Assembly (NCBI GenBank): GCA_964016885.1
Contig: OZ024741.1
Location: forward strand, 294,624,001-294,688,000
Source: Eledone cirrhosa
Taxonomy: Eukaryota
Direction: 5' to 3'
DNA: 64,000 nucleotides
The notes under the pieces are model-generated. The model was not told the DNA's origin, made no database searches, and saw only the letters and a program-made list of their open reading frames with translations. Of this stretch, positions 1 through 14,850 are shown in pieces (position 1 is the first letter of the stretch; each line of letters opens with the position of its first letter). A program made the translations under genes and the position numbers.

Positions 1-1065
1 ATTTTGGGGGACATGCATTCTCTACATTGTATATTGATTAAGTGAACAAAATAAAATACCCAATCGGGAATATTTGGTTAAAGGCAAACAGTATTTGCTC
101 TATTAATATTTATTATATTTACTTGTATGTTCATCATTATCAACAATATCATCTCTTTTACTTGACCAGAACAAATATAACAAAATATTTTGGTTTGAAA
201 ACATCAGTTTAACTGTGTTTTTACCAATGTTTATATCTTGCACTGATATGATCAAAGCTACACATACATACACGCACTTACCATATATACTTGAATATAA
301 GCCGGGGAATATGTAACCAAAAATTCGATGATAGAAGAGGTTGGGGGTGGCTCATATTCAAGGTCAATATTTTGACTATTTTCACCAACTTGTAAATTCT
401 ACATAAATAAGGTTTGGATTTTTGCCCATTTCTCAGACAGAAAATAGTGGAGTTATATTCAAGTTTATAATAGAAGGCTTATATTCAAGTATACACATTA
501 TATATCATCATCATTATTATCATTTTTATGTTTGCTTTTTCTATTCTTGCATGGCTTCGATGTGACTTTTGAAGCTGTTCTTATATTGCTGAATGCCTTT
601 CCTGAGGCCATCTCTTATTCTTTACTATACTATATACTACTGGCCTTCAATGGACAGAAAAAGATGTGGGCAGAATGTTATGTTTATACAAGACAAAAAA
701 ATTCACCAATGTCTTTAAATGGTTTCAATATGAACATGTGGAGACAAGCACACTCACACACATGCATACACACAGACACGTCTCACACACACATAGAGAG
801 AGAGAGAGAGAAGGGTCACCTTTTCATGGAACACATTCAGCTTTCTGTCAGTTTTTGCTGTACTCTTCCAGATCTAACTGGTACAAACCTCTATATAGAG
901 AATGATGATGTTGTATAGGCACAGTTTGACATTTGTGTCAATAATTGATGTTGACTACACCCATCACATTTGCTAGAGCACTGTAGCTGCCATTCTCATT
1001 CTACTGTTGTTTCCATTGTTGCTTAGAACACTCCCCAGGTTGGCTTATTTAGCTCTTTTGGTTTG

Positions 1066-1335
1066 CTGTATAGCATAATGGTAAGCGTGTTGGACTTACA
1101 AGCATAATGTAGTGGGTTTGATTTCTGGACTGGGTTGTGTGTTGTGTTCTTGAGCAAAACACTTCATTTGACATTGCTCCAATATAGTCAGCTGCAAATT
1201 AGTACCACCAATTGTTGGAGGCTGTAATCCTGTGATGGACTGACATCCTGTCCAAGGGTGAGTGTTGTACTCTCAGTCACTTCGCATCTCAGAAACCAGG
1301 ATAAATTCTGGCCTAATATCCACTGGTCTTGAGAG
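1066..1335 (+). mobile_element. tRNA-derived SINE (family A), degraded
   Basis: A/B-box-like head (tagcataatggtaagcgtg...gggtttgatttct), shared body cttgagcaaaacacttcattt...ttgctcca, tail cctgtgatggactgacatcctgtcca; homologous to 59123-59400. Confidence 0.7.
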
Positions 1336-2396
1336 AGACTTTTGGTGTTGTTTTAGATATGGAGTTGTGAGCATACATTGACATCCTCTCAACTCTTCCA
1401 TCTTTCATCCAGCAGAAACTTTAGGATATAACAGATTGAGAGAGGGGGGGGACAGCACCAGCACTGGGTTAGTACTTGCTTTATTGAACTCAAATGGATA
1501 AAAACCAAAGTAGACCTTTGTGGAGTTTGAATGCAGAGTACAGACACCAGTCCAACACTGTAACAACTCTGACAAATTGACCTTATCGGATGTATGAGCA
1601 CTAATGTCAAAACTGCTTTCAGAGATTTAACCCAGGTTAAAAGACTTAAGAACAAAGGTGTTCCAATTGTAACCCTGCTCCTATGCCATTCAGTCGTTTC
1701 TTTTCAGACATCTAGGATTACAATATTTAATGTGACCTTCCTATTTTGAGATGTTAGTGTGCAATTTGGGAGAGATTTGGCAGTTATTTCCAGTAAGTCT
1801 AGTGTACATAAAAGTTTAATAATGATGATAATGGTGGTTATAAATCCCTAAACAATTAGAAGTGAACTAAATTCTGAATATATTTAATAGTGTTGTGAAC
1901 TTAAAAAGGTTAATTCATAAGTTCATTGAATTTTTTCTCACATCTGATATTTTCATTTCCTTTTTCATTCATGTTTAGATCTTAAACATTTTTTTCTTTT
2001 ATTTTTCTTTAATTTACTTTTTGTTTTCTCAATATTTCTTTTCCAATTAGTTTGTGATAGCAGCTTATTTGGCGTCACAACTTCTCTCAAAAGTTTCAAT
2101 TACTTTTTATTTGATTTTTCTCCCTAGTTTCAACAATGATTCTCTGACATTTTTATCCTCAGAAAATAACTTAAAATACTTCCCCCACTTATGAAGATTT
2201 TATATTTAATTCATTTTAGCAATAGTGAAAAAATGTAGAAAAGGAGACACACTGTTATATTTTCTCATAAATAAGAACCAACGATTCTAGAAAATACATT
2301 TATTTGCTTATTATTTTTTATCTTTAATATTACATTCACAACACAGAGCCTCACATACATGCATGCATATATATATATATATTTATATATGTGTAT

Positions 2397-2444
<48 letters not shown>

Positions 2445-5400
2445 GTGTGTGTATATATATATATATATGAGTATGTTTATATGCGTGTGTGTATATATAT
2501 ATATATATATAACAGATATGAGTTTGACATATATGAGAGACAAGAACACATAATACTGAGTTGGTAGAGTTTAATGTAATAGTCAACGGTTAAGATGCAA
2601 GATGACTACAAACTGTTTCATATAATTATGGCATAGTTGATTATTACCCTCATACATGAAAAATTGTGTAGCCATTTTACATCGTAACAGCACATGTATT
2701 ATATACATTCATATATATGTGTGTGTATAAATATATATATATATGTAAACAAGGCCATTATTACTCCAATCAGTCCACAAAACAGTGCAAACACTCTACA
2801 CTGAATGCCAACTTGCACTCATTCCTGCTAAACTGACCTGTGACCCACCTTTCAAATTCAACAAACTGAATGTGGACCACAACAGCCACATAATGAGAAT
2901 GACAGATGTTTTATATATATATATATGATAGTGTATCTGTCACTTTAGGCTACCTCTCCATCTATGGGCAAGTAACAGGCAGCTGATATCTTACTCTGAT
3001 CCTCCCTGTTTCCTATTGTTGTCTTCCCCTCCTGATCAAGGATACAAGTGTCCTAGTGTTGAAATGTTGAAAAGATATTTTGCTCAACCTGAAGCTTTAG
3101 ATAGTAAAAAAAAGATACTTGTCCAAGATACCATTCAGTTGGGTTGAACCCTAGGACATCATGCCTGCAAAATAAACTTCTTAACTCCTCAGACATGTCT
3201 GCACCTACCCTACTAATAAATCTTCACAAGGAAAATATCCTCTCCATGAACTAGCAACTAATATTTCAATGAAAGTGTTAGCTTGAATGCTTAACTGTAC
3301 TATTAGCAGAATAAAGCAGTTTAATAAAGCTGGATAATCTGTAAATCTGAAACATTCAGATATCTGAGATTAACTTATTTATTTTCTTACAGTAAATATA
3401 ACAGAGTAGATGAGAAGAATCACAGAATATATTGTATTCAGTCAATATTCTTTGATAGTCTCAGTCCTTTCAATAAACCATTTTTACCAAGATCTTGAAG
3501 CACAAAAACAACACCATTATTGAAATGTTGCAGTTAATGAATTTTTTAGTTCTACGATTTCCTTGTTCTCAGGAACTGAATCTTAAGAATATAAACATGA
3601 TGATTTTTTAATTTCTTCCATATGGAGAATCAATGCATGAAATGATTTTCTCTGTGGTATTTGACAATAAGTTTCAACAGATAATCTTGTGATGAATGGT
3701 AGAATCAGTAGAACATCAGACAATATACCATGTAGTATTTTTTCATATCTCTTTATGGTGACTTGCCATCAGATTAAATGCCACAGCATTTTTCTAGCTC
3801 ACTGTGAGACTAACTGTTGAGACTAACTTTGCCTGTATTCCACTAAGCATTGATAAACAAAGTACCAATCAGGGGGTCTCAAGCATGCAACCTGCAGGAT
3901 ACACGTGGCTCACAAACTACTTTTCTATGACACCTGGCAGAACAATATTTTTCTAAAGCTTGGTAATTTGTCCATGTTTTAATAATATTTATAGAACAAT
4001 TTACGACAATTTACCCATGAAGTACACTAAAATAGAAAAAAGGGAAAAAAGGGAATTTACCAAAAGTAAAAACAGAATAAAGGAAAATCTGAAATGGGAA
4101 ATTTGTTCCCCTACATATTGTACTAATACACATATCCTACTTACTATCATATGTGTATTCATTTAAAAAAAAAGAACGTAAAATGCAGCCTATAAGTTAT
4201 TGCAGATTAACATTATAACTAGTGTAAATCACATCCTCTCGACTCATCTCACTTTTGGCCTGCTATTCCCCTCCCCAGGTTAAAATAGTCCTTTTAAATC
4301 CTTGAGTTTCAGATCCCTACTTTTGAGCATCTGACCTGGCCTTGTGTTATCTGAGTTCAAATCCTGTCCCCTATAGCTGGAGGTTGCAGGCAAATATTAC
4401 TAGCAATGGAAACATTGTTTCCTTGGTCCCTATCTGTTGATTTTCTCCTTTCCATTTTCTTTTTTCCTTTATATTCTGAGTTCAAATCTTGCAGACGTCC
4501 ACTTTACTCTTTGAAAAAATATACACATAGAAACATGTAATTTCTTCTTCTCTAGAAATCTAAGGCCTTAAACTTTGTTCAAATGAAATTCCTGATAACT
4601 GATCACAGGGCAGATGAAAATAGTAAGAAGTAAAGCATTGATGTAGTATAGTTATTGCCAACCTTAGTATCACCAAAGGAAAGGAGTGGCAGAATCTTTT
4701 GTTTTGTATGGCTTTTGTCAGTGGAAAAAAACACCATGCCTATAACCATTTTCAGGGCCTCAAAACTGGTGAGAGAAAAGGAGGATATTTTCCTCAGATC
4801 TGGCCTGAATGTTTGCTATAGTGTAAATTCAGCTAAAACCACCCAAGAGGCAAGTATCAATGTGATCAATAGAGTAAGTCTGGTAGCACATCCAATCCAA
4901 GGCCTTTACTCCTGTTAGAGGAAGCCTTCCCTGGTTTACCTCCACCACTTTCTGTTTGGTTTCGGTCATGTCAGTGGTGTAGCCATACTCACTTCACTTG
5001 GCCAATTGTGGATTATTGAGGCTATTTAACACATAGTTGGGGTGGATGACCATTAATTCTGATGAGTTTTAACAGCTCTTCTTTTTTGTCTTGCTGGAGT
5101 TCCACTTAGATTAAATCTATTCTATTTATTTTTGTCACTCTCTATTCTGAATTCAAATCTGATTTTCTTTCCAATGTGCATTTGGTTGTACATATTGCAG
5201 AAAGTGGTCTCAAAACATAAAACAGGGTTTATATAAACCTACAGTTTGATAAATTCCTTACTATGAAACTCTAGACCATTAAGCTATTCCTGAAGCAATC
5301 TCAACTAATAAGATTTTGCATGCGTGTACACACACACATACACACATGTGCGTGTTTTTCATAATTTCCATCATCTACCAACATTGACTCTCAATAAATT

Positions 5401-5889
5401 AGTCAATCAAAGCTATAGTAGAAGAGACTTTCCAAAGTTCTTCACAGCTTAATCAAACCTAGAATGACATTGTTGTGAAACAAGAGCCATGCCATTACAT
5501 GTCAACCTAATTCAGCTGTCTTTATGATTGAAGGCTTTCTAGCCATGACTATTCCTTCTCTTATTTAGGCATAGTGTATTCGAGGAGTCTTACATTTTAA
5601 AAATAGTATGGTGTGACATGAGAGAAATGTTGCTTCAATTTCTAGCAAATCACTCACCAAGTTGATGAAATTGATTGTGCCCATTCTAAGCTGGTATTAT
5701 TTCTAATGAAAATAACTAATTTGATTTTTCTATTGGTTTTGACAAGTCATATTCAAATTGTTTGGTCAATGGAAAAAAGTACTCATTAAACTAACATGAA
5801 AGTGGCTGAGTATTCCACAAACACATTCACCCTTTATATAATTCTCAAGAAGATACAGCATGACATTAAGTTGTATAACAAAACTGACC

Positions 5890-6120
5890 TGTAAACGCTT
5901 TAGTTACCAGCCTGGCCCAAACCACAGCCCTGTTTCTATTAAATAAAGTCACCCATTTTAAAGGTTTCCAATTTAAATTAAAATCTTCCAATATAATTTT
6001 ATATAACAATCTCACATTTGTAATGAAATAATGAATAATTTTAGTAAATCCCTCAAAATTCTTCATTAATTAATCGAAAAAGAATGTAATTAATTAGAAA
6101 TGCAGTCAGGAAAGGGTTAG
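5890..6120. mobile_element. Degraded piggyBac-like MITE
   Basis: Ends resemble (tt)aaccctt...gaaagggtta; internal similarity to the copies at 42379-42896. Confidence 0.4.
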
Positions 6121-6214
6121 ATTACTGTTACAGTTCATCCAGTGGAGTTCCAGACAGTTTCCAGCTATCTAATTTCACTTACATGTCTTAGATTAACCTG
6201 GTAAATGTAACAGT

Positions 6215-6549
6215 AAAGACTCCCTTCAGTCAATAATGACTATGGGATTCACACTTAAAAAGTTCTTCTCTGAGGCATAAGTCTGGGCAAAGTTGTTTGT
6301 GGAAGACCAACAGTTATCTATACATACCTAACACTCCTCTCCATCCCACCAATGTTGTCTAAGGGAAAGTCAAAGGCCAATACAGATTGGCACCAGTGAT
6401 GTCACAACTCATTTCTACAGCTGTGTAAACTGGAGCAACATGAAATAAAGTATCTTACTCAAGGACACAACACATCACTCAGTCTAGGAATTGGACTCAT
6501 AACCTCATGATTGCAAGCCAAATGCTCTAACAATTAAGCCATGTGTCTT
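6215..6549 (-). mobile_element. tRNA-derived SINE (family A)
   Basis: Reverse complement of head (ctctaacaattaagccatgtgtct) and body (ctggagcaacatgaaataaagtatcttactcaagga) seen in other copies. Confidence 0.7.
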
Positions 6550-7339
6550 GACATTTAATTAATCTGAGGCTAAGTGAAATGACACTTACTCAAGACACCA
6601 TGCCATAGGATCCTAACCTGAACCTCAAGATTTTGAAGCAAACTTCCTAACCATTCAGCCATACCTGTTTTTTGTAATGAAAATAAATCAATTGAAATAG
6701 TGGTAACATACACAGACTCAAAAATATGTTTATAGCTTGAATATTGCTTGTTAGATTCTGAAATGATGTTTTTATGATAAGATTTCTTGAAATTATTGGT
6801 TAACCATGTTGTAAAAAGAAAATGTTGGTTATTTTACTCGTATTCTTTAGATAAATTTTCCTTCTTAGCTGACAAAAATATTGATTTTTTTCCCTTGATT
6901 TTTCTCTGTTTAATTTGTATTTCTTTTCTTTACTGAGAGAAAATGACAAAGTTATGGAGAAATTCTCAAATTTAATCATTTTCATATATTTATTTATTCG
7001 TTTATATATATATTTATTTATTTTTCTAAAGAATTATAGTATTTAGTCTAGGTACAGCAATGTGTAGTTTTTTGGGTTTTTTTTTTCATTTGCAAGGTCT
7101 AAAGGAAGAAGACGTGTTATTTAGCCCCTGGTAAGGCCTGATCAAGTGAATCTATAATCAAAGGCACTCCATCTGGTCTTTTTGTATAGCCAGGAATACA
7201 TTACCCATTATGTCTGTTTTTTTAAAGATGATAGTGTAATTTGAGAAAGATCTTATTGCTATTTTTAGCATGTTGTGTAACCATGTGGAGGCTCATTAAT
7301 TTGCCTTATAGCATAGTGAATTGGCAGAAGTAGTAAAGT

Positions 7340-7780
7340 GCAGACTAAATACAAAAGATGGGCTGTGATTGAGAAGACATGCGTAAGCTGGAGAGAAATG
7401 AAGTAACCATGCTTTGTTGGATGTGCATTATACATGTGAGAGAAAGGCAGAGCTTGGCCTAACTGAGGGAGAAACTGGGTTTAAGAGGAATCTGAAGAGG
7501 TGTGCAAGAGAGAAGACTGCATTAGTACAGACCTGTGATGTGCATGCATGATGATTGTTGGGTGAAGAAGTGCCTGAAAATCCCAGTGCAAAGAAGCTGC
7601 AGTAGATGTAGACCAAGAAAGATCTGGGCAGAAGTGGTGAGAACTGATATCAAGTAGCTGAGACTCACAGAGAAGGTCACAGAGGAATGCGATGAGTGGA
7701 GAGATGTTGTGCTGTAAAGGACCCACCTAACCCATGCAACATGGAAAAAAAAGATGTAAAAATGATGATGATGATGATGT
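7340..7780 (+). mobile_element. Old RTE LINE 3' fragment with short 3' UTR and (GAT)n tail
   Basis: Degenerate homology to the LERNEACMLRWMC...RPRKTW...KTRLT region of 52700-53085; ends acccatgcaacatggaaaa...atgatgatgatg. Confidence 0.8.
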
Positions 7781-8640
7781 CAAGTTCCATTTCTTCATTC
7801 TGAATTCAAATCCCAACAGTGTTTACTTAGCCTGTCATCTTACATAAGTACCAGTTATATATAGTGGTATTAGTTAAGTCAGATATAAATTTCTCCCCAT
7901 TGTAAATTAGTCTTGTGCCAACCTAAAAATGTCAGATTGTAGCCATGACAACCAGTCTAATGATGAATGATGCCACGATAAAATGCAGAGAATATTATTC
8001 ACTTTTCATTGATTCCGTGTGAGTGAAATGTTTATTGAAACCTGATATTAGTGACGTCACAAAATAAATGAAAAGTGAATATAACATTTTTTTCTCAGTA
8101 TTTTATTAAATATTGTTAAAAAAACTCTGTATCTTGCAGATTGTAAGAATATTTTTGTGGAAACCTGGGGCTCTTCTGAATCAATTTTTGGATAGATTAA
8201 TCTAGAGTTTTGCAGCAATATATATGCTGAATCATCATTGTCCTCATTACCATTTTATCTTTATTTTCCACACTTGCATGTGTTAGCATGGTTGTCATTC
8301 TCTGAGGCTAGACGGGCATGTCAAATGACTGTCTTGCTCATGTGTTCCATTTTGGTATGGTTTCTATAACTAGCTGCCTTTCCTAATGCCAACTATTTCA
8401 CAGTGTGTACCAGGATTATTTTCACATAGTACCAACACTACCATCTGAATACACAAGCAATTACACACAAAGCTACAGTTTCTACATCATGATTTCCTTC
8501 CTTAGATCCTCAACCACCTCATAGAGTCAAGTCATAGGAATGCCATTATGATATACAGTGTGTCTTAAACATTTTAATCTTGGCAGGACCCATCCTTCTT
8601 CAGGTTTCACCACAGCCAATTCCTTCAGAGAAGTAAAGAG

Positions 8641-8688
<48 letters not shown>

Positions 8689-8769
8689 AAAGAACAGGTT
8701 TTAGTGTTGGACTGGTACTCTATTTCTTGACCTTGAAAGGATGCAAGGTAAAGTTGATCTAGGTGGGAT

Positions 8770-9235
8770 TATTTTATTTTTATTTGGTTAAACATACAGA
8801 AAAAGAAAGCAGCATTTGAAAGGACTATAAATACCATAAATGAGAGGAAAAGGAGGGGATGAGCAAGGACTACTAGACAAAGGAAGAAAGAAAGCGGAAA
8901 GGGGAGATGGTGAGTGACTCTACACCTAGGTGTTTTGGCTGTGCCCCGCAGACATAATTGCAAAGGCATTTCTGCAGACAATGGCCAGTGACACACGCTG
9001 CAACAGCCAGCCCACCTCACAGGGCTCTTTCCTCGGATGGGCTGCTATTGATCTGATTTTATAGAGGAGGTCAGCTGTCTGGGGTCTGAGGATGCCTGTG
9101 GCCTCAACAGCAACCGGTGCAAAGAGGAAGCAGCTGGATAAGTTCCAGCAGTTGCTTGTCTTTCTGTCATTTGCATTGTGAGATGTGATCCTGGGGTTTG
9201 TGGGTGAGGTGACAAGTTGGAGGCAGAGAACATGT
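8770..9235. repeat. Dispersed repeat, unclassified (possible LINE 3' end)
   Basis: Shares gcagacataattgcaaaggcatt...ggatgggctgc...gattttat with 56640-56890. Confidence 0.45.
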
Positions 9236-10154
9236 CACAGCATGTTATCTGGTGGGATTTGAACTCAAAATCTAGAAAACAGGAAAGAATAACACAAAGT
9301 ACTGTATCTCATGTTCTAACGATTCTGTGAACTCATCACATTAAGACTCTACATATTTCCTCATAGATGGTAGTGCCCCAGCATGGCCTCATCCTGTCGG
9401 CTGGAACACATAATAAAGTAATAGAGATATGTAGTCACATTATAAACTGGCACCTTAACAGCATTTCAGTTCTTAACTATTACTCTCTCCCTCCCTCCCT
9501 CTCTCTTTCTCTCCCCCCCCCCCTCCCTATCCTTCTCTCTCCCCTCTCTTTCTCACGCACCTTCTCTCTCATGTTGAAATATAAACAAAGATACTCTTCC
9601 CAAATCCTTGATGGTTGAACATTTTATTTTCCTATTTTTTAATTCAATTACATAAATATAACTCTCCTTCATCTGTTTGCCATTTTGCTGAAGATCATGG
9701 AATGGGTACAGTTTCCTAAAAGTTGTGAAAGGCTTGCAGCAAGTTTCCTGTAATATATTTTAATTATGTTGTTTTTCATTGGAAAGTAAGAAGGTAGAAT
9801 GAATCATCTTAGAAATAGTCTGTTGCTACATCTATGTCTAGTATGGTCTCTCTTTCTCTCCTCCTCCTCTTTCCCTCCCTCTCTTTCTCTTACCACCTTT
9901 GTCTCTTTTGCTCCCCCTCTTTCTCTCTTTAGTTACAGCAGCTCTTACCATTTCTGTCAACAGACAGTATTGAAACATATATCCTGGTTGCTTTCATTAA
10001 ATCACAGTAAACTATATATTTAATCTAATAGAAATCACGCAGTTTACACTATACAGGCTGTCTTTTAGCTCTTCTTTTCAGATTTGTAGAAAAAAAAAAC
10101 TCATCAGAAATATATTACTTTATTTTGTGGGGTAGGAATAGGAGAAGTGTTGCT

Positions 10155-10545
10155 TTTTCTTCTTCTTCTTCTTCTTCTTCTTCTTCTTCTTCTTCTTCTT
10201 CTTCCTGGGAGGGTTATGGGGGCAGAGTCCTCAAACCTGACTTCCAGCAGGTCCTGTCAAGAGCAACTCTCTCCAATTTGGCTGGATCCCTAAATGAGAC
10301 CACCCAAGCTCATGAATGTTATCCAACTATCTTGCACAGAGTTTACTCCTGGGTGGTTTCTTCCCATAAAATATATCCAGTGTTTCTTTCCTTAGACATT
10401 CTGTGATCTCTCAATTTGGAGTGACTCCCTGATCTCCAAGCTATGCATTCTATTGAGTAGCATCACTCCATAAACCCTTCGGAGGAACCCCATTTTAGCC
10501 GCTTGTATTATCGATTCCATTCTTTTGGTCATTACTTATGGCAGA
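10155..10545 (-). mobile_element. RTE (Expander-like) LINE 3' fragment with (GAA)n tail
   Basis: Minus-strand reading gives VMTKRMESIIQAAKMG... and VALDRTCWKSGLRTLPP, followed by (GAA)n; resembles RTE C-termini. Confidence 0.7.
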
Positions 10546-10941
10546 GTTTTTCTGCATGTGGGAGATAGCGATACAGCCACCTGATATGATGGTTAGTTGC
10601 ATTATAAGCTGGCTCCTGACAGATGAATAAGCAATCCCAGACTAACAGCAGTAAACTACTTGGGGAGACGGAGCAACACTTTTAGTTCCCAAGAAACCTC
10701 TCACAACCTAGTGATGTGAATATGATAAGGGGGAAGTAAAGGCTACTTCTAAAAAAAACTAATCTTTGCAGTTCTAAGAATAATACCAAATTGTTGCAAA
10801 TGTGACCACCAAAACACTGCAATGTGGTTAGATGTAATAAAAACAATGTCGTCCTTTCTAACAGAATTGTCTGATAGCTTGATTACAGTGGATTATGTCT
10901 GGTAGCTATTTTTTTAATAACTTTATACATATGTGTGTAAA

Positions 10942-11106
10942 AGCACATGGTTTAGTGGTTAGAGTGATGGACTTGCAATCAGGAGGTTGTGAGTTCAATT
11001 CTTAGACTAGGTGATGCATTTTGTCCTTGAACAAGACACTTTATTTCACATTGCTCCAGTTTACTCAGCTGTAGAAATGAATCGTGACGACACTGGTGCC
11101 AAGCTG
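10942..11106 (+). mobile_element. tRNA-derived SINE (family A), 3' truncated
   Basis: gcacatggtttagtggttagag (A box), gagttcaattc (B box), body cttgaacaagacactttatttcacattgctccag. Confidence 0.8.
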
Positions 11107-11109
11107 GAC

Positions 11110-12090
11110 CCCGATCCCAGATACTTTCAGTATCTCAGTAACTATCCCTGAAGTTCAATCTGCTTTGCCTGTTTTCATATCCTTGATTGCCTTACTATAC
11201 TACTGCTTACTTGCTCGTACAGCGGGTCCCTCTGTTGGGTTTACTTGGGGCAAGCTATCTTCTTCCCATGCATTCTCCTCATTCAGTAGACTTTCATAGT
11301 GGCACTTCCATGCTACCTTCTTTTCAGCATCAGTAAGAGCAAGTACACCAATTTCATCTCGAACACACTTCTCAACATCAACATCACAATTTTCCCTGAC
11401 ACACTGCCTCACAATCATGAACACCTCATGGCTTTGGTCCTTGCATTGCAGAATATGTTTAAATTTTTTGTTTTCTGCTTCCCTTCTTGCAAAGTATACC
11501 TGTCGCTTAGCTTCTTCCCTAGCATCCTGATAGTGCCCTCTACTTCCTTCATTTAATCATTCTTTCCATGCCTGTCTTTTGGCCTTATTTGTCTCATCCA
11601 CCCTACTATTCCACTATCAAGTCACTCTCCTTCGTAGGGATCTGCTCCAACCTCAGATTTCATTTGATACCTTCAGTAAGTTATTTTTAAGGAACTCCCA
11701 CTGCCACTCTGTACTGTAAGTCTATTTGGTGTCCCTTACTCTCAAAAGTGTCAAGCCACATGCCTCTAAATTTGGTACTGCTGCAGGGTTTCTTAACTTC
11801 CATATTCTTCTCCTCCAGGTTGTCCTCTGATGTTGAGTTTGTCTAGCTTTAACTATATGGTTGCTAACTTCTAGGTTATGTTGGGATGTGCATTCTTCAT
11901 GGGGGAGGGACTTTGTTTTTACAACTTCATTCTATCCCATCTTCTGGTAAGGATAAAGTCCATCTGGTTGCTATGCTCACCTGATCAAGTAATTGTCTGG
12001 TGTTTTTAAGTTTGTATTACAGATAGATAGATCATTGACATTGCAGAATTCCAGAAGCCTGGAAACTTCCTTGTTTCATATCAGTAATTG
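11110..12090 (-). pseudogene. Degenerate RTE LINE fragment (APE C-terminus to pre-RT region)
   Basis: ORF 11200..11424 (RQCVREN...ALTDAEKKVAWKCHYESLLNEENAWE) aligns with the young RTE ORF; similarity continues to ~12090 with stops and frameshifts. Confidence 0.88.
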
Positions 12091-12368
12091 GAGTAAGGTG
12101 ATTCTTGTTTTACTGGAAAGGATGGGGGTATGGGAGTGTTTTAATTTGTCTTGTACAGTGTATATCAGATGGATGGGGTTGGTTGTAGGATTATGGCTTG
12201 TGTTTGCTTGAGGATGTCATGGATTAGATGTAGATTTGTGTGAATTAAGAGAGTTGATAGTCTTATTTATATATAGTAGAAAATAAAGAAAATCCTTGGC
12301 CCAATCAAATATATTTGAAAAATAATAATAATAACAACTACCAGTCATTTTCATTTATACACACACAT

Positions 12369-12407
<39 letters not shown>

Positions 12408-12487
12408 GGAGAGAGAGAGGGAGTATTAATAATATATATATATACTCTTTTACCTGGTCCAGCCATCTGGCTGAGGCCATGCTGGGA

Positions 12488-12528
<41 letters not shown>

Positions 12529-12529
<1 letters not shown>

Positions 12530-12765
12530 GGCTCATAATCGTAAGGTCTTTGAGTAAAACATTTTATTTCCCGTTGCTGCAGTCCACTCAGTTGCCAAAA
12601 AGGAGTTGTACCTGTAATTCGAAAGGCAAGCCTTGTCACATTGTGTGTCACGCTGAATCTCCCTGAGAATGTTGTTAACCTTACGCGTCTGTGGAATGCT
12701 CAGCCACTTGCACATTAATTTCACGAGCAGGCAGTTCCGTTGATCGTAACCGACGGAGTGCCAGT
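12529..12765 (+). mobile_element. SINE family A variant, head truncated
   Basis: Body ttgagtaaaacattttatttcccgttgctgcagtccactcag matches family A; distinct 3' part; follows a (TA)n run. Confidence 0.6.
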
Positions 12766-13438
12766 TATATATGGGTGTGGTATTCAAACAGTTAATACAA
12801 ATATATATTCTTCGACTCATCTACCCGTTCTAACACGTGTCGTTGCTGATAAATTTGAAAAAAAAAGGAAAAATATTTCGACTTATCCACATCCCAATCT
12901 TTGTTATGGTCATGTGTCTACACAAAAAACAACTGCTATAATATGTCTATTTTATTAAATAACATTACAAATTGTTTACAATTCTTACAGAATGAAAATA
13001 TAAACATATAATAAATACGATTAATTATTGCTAGGAACCTCACAAATGTAATACACAAAAATATGATTGAAGTGTGAGAAAAAGAGAAGAAAAAAATAAA
13101 CAAACAAAAACAACCATCAATTGACCATCGAGTGCGACAATCAGTTGCCCACAAGGGTGAATGGAAAATTAGCAAAACTGCTGGTGATGACTAGGCTAAA
13201 ATGCCAACGAAGACAAGCATTCGCTGTTAGTGGAGCTGCTCCACCAAACGTCTCGAAATTCACAAGGCTGGAAAAAATAGTTATTTGATAGTTCCCGGCG
13301 TTTTAGGATTTATTTCATTCGGCAACGAAAGCAGTGACCCTCACATTTTACCATGGCATCAATGATTTGGGAGGTAGCAAAAAAGTCACTGACTATAAAA
13401 AAATAAATAAATTATAATAGATTTATTTTCATTGTATT

Positions 13439-13616
13439 TGCAGTATCAGTAGAGGGGCGGACATGCTTTCCAGCATAGTTACGTCCCTTTACGGTCTGAG
13501 TTCAAATCCCATCGAGGTTAACTTTGCCTTTCACCCTTTCGGGGTCGATAAAATAAAGTACCAATAATGCACTAGAATAATTTCTGGCCTTGTGCCAAAA
13601 GTAGAAACAATTAATT
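13439..13616 (+). mobile_element. Short SINE-like repeat (family B)
   Basis: gcagtatcagtagagg...ctgagttcaaatccc (B box)...ttaactttgcctttca...gtcgataaaataaagtacc...agtagaaacaatt; multiple copies in window. Confidence 0.75.
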
Positions 13617-14663
13617 ATCATACAAAAAAAAAGAATTCTATTTACCAAAACAAATGGCCAATAAAACGAAGTTAGAAAGAATACAAAAATAAGGTATTTG
13701 CCTCAAGAAACTCCTTGTAAAATAGAGCTACATACATATAATAAATGCAAAAGGCAAACAGAAATAACAAAACAAATGACACAGTACAACAAAGAAATAT
13801 ATTATTACTTTTACGCTTGATATAGTAGGAATACGTTTATTTTAGATTAAAAATATTTCTTCCCTTATTCCATTTTTATCACTTGTATTGTCTTTAAAAA
13901 TGTAAAATAACAAAAGAATTTATTTCGTCGGAATTAAACGGACGATCAGCTAATTCGACTGTTAGTGAGGTGACGGGGTGGGGTACAGACAGCCGAGCAA
14001 TGTCGGAGTTAAAAAAGAAGGCTTAGTGTGATTTCGAATGGCCACATATTTTTCTGGTTTTATCTTCTCACACTTTACAAAGTTCAGACGTACTTCAGAT
14101 TGACAAGCAATTAACTATAACCATTCGAGAAAACAGAAAACAAAACAAAACGATATGAACGAGGAGGAGGATAAGAGAAAAGAACAGAGGCGTAACAGTA
14201 ACGACTGTGATGGCTATGATGAATTGGCGAAAGCAGACGACAGTAATCTAGAAGCTTTTTTCTTAGGATTATTGAAATGTTATTTGAAAGAGAATGACTG
14301 ACATTTCAATACGGTATGTATTTAAATATCTTTGTTATTATCTGAGCTGCTATTATTAATATTTAATACCGCTTCTTTATAGAGAGGCTTTTATATTATT
14401 TATATTTAATAATTTACATCAGAGAAGACTAGAGCCGTGATTCGGAGCTACATCGGGCCCAAGTTGAATGTTTGGGGCGAAATTTCTTTCTTCTAAATTT
14501 TACATATCTTTTTAACAGCAAATATGTTCTAAATGGGGAAGCCATTACATTTTTTAAATTCTATGGTGGGGGAAGAGTGTTGTATTTGTAAATGTATGTA
14601 TGTGTCTTGTTTTAAATTTAATCGATGAATTTATTTATTTTTGTGAGTTTCTATTATTGATAA

Positions 14664-14850
14664 TTGGCAGAAGGTGATCTCCGACTTGCACTCGATAGGT
14701 TTGATACCGAGTGCTGCATGACTGGAATGAAAATCAGTGCTGCGAAAACTGAGACACTCGTCCTCTCAAGTAAGCCTGCACAGTGCACTTTACATGTGAA
14801 TGGAGTTTCACTGAAGCAAGCAGAAAAGTTCAAATATCTCGGGCCCGTGT
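14664..14850 (+). pseudogene. RTE-type reverse transcriptase fragment without PHD insert
   Basis: LDRFDTECCMTGMKISAAKTETLVL...LKQAEKFKYLG matches the C-terminal RT motifs of non-LTR elements. Confidence 0.75.

Noticed and set aside
10075-10110. tttc...tcatcag spacing suggestive of a hammerhead (similar isolated cores at 16258 and ~38322)
   Set aside because: No helix II/III pairing or UH site
10942-11010. tRNA genes at SINE heads (also 1066, 45067, 57204, 59123)
   Set aside because: No intact cloverleaf; each continues into a shared SINE body
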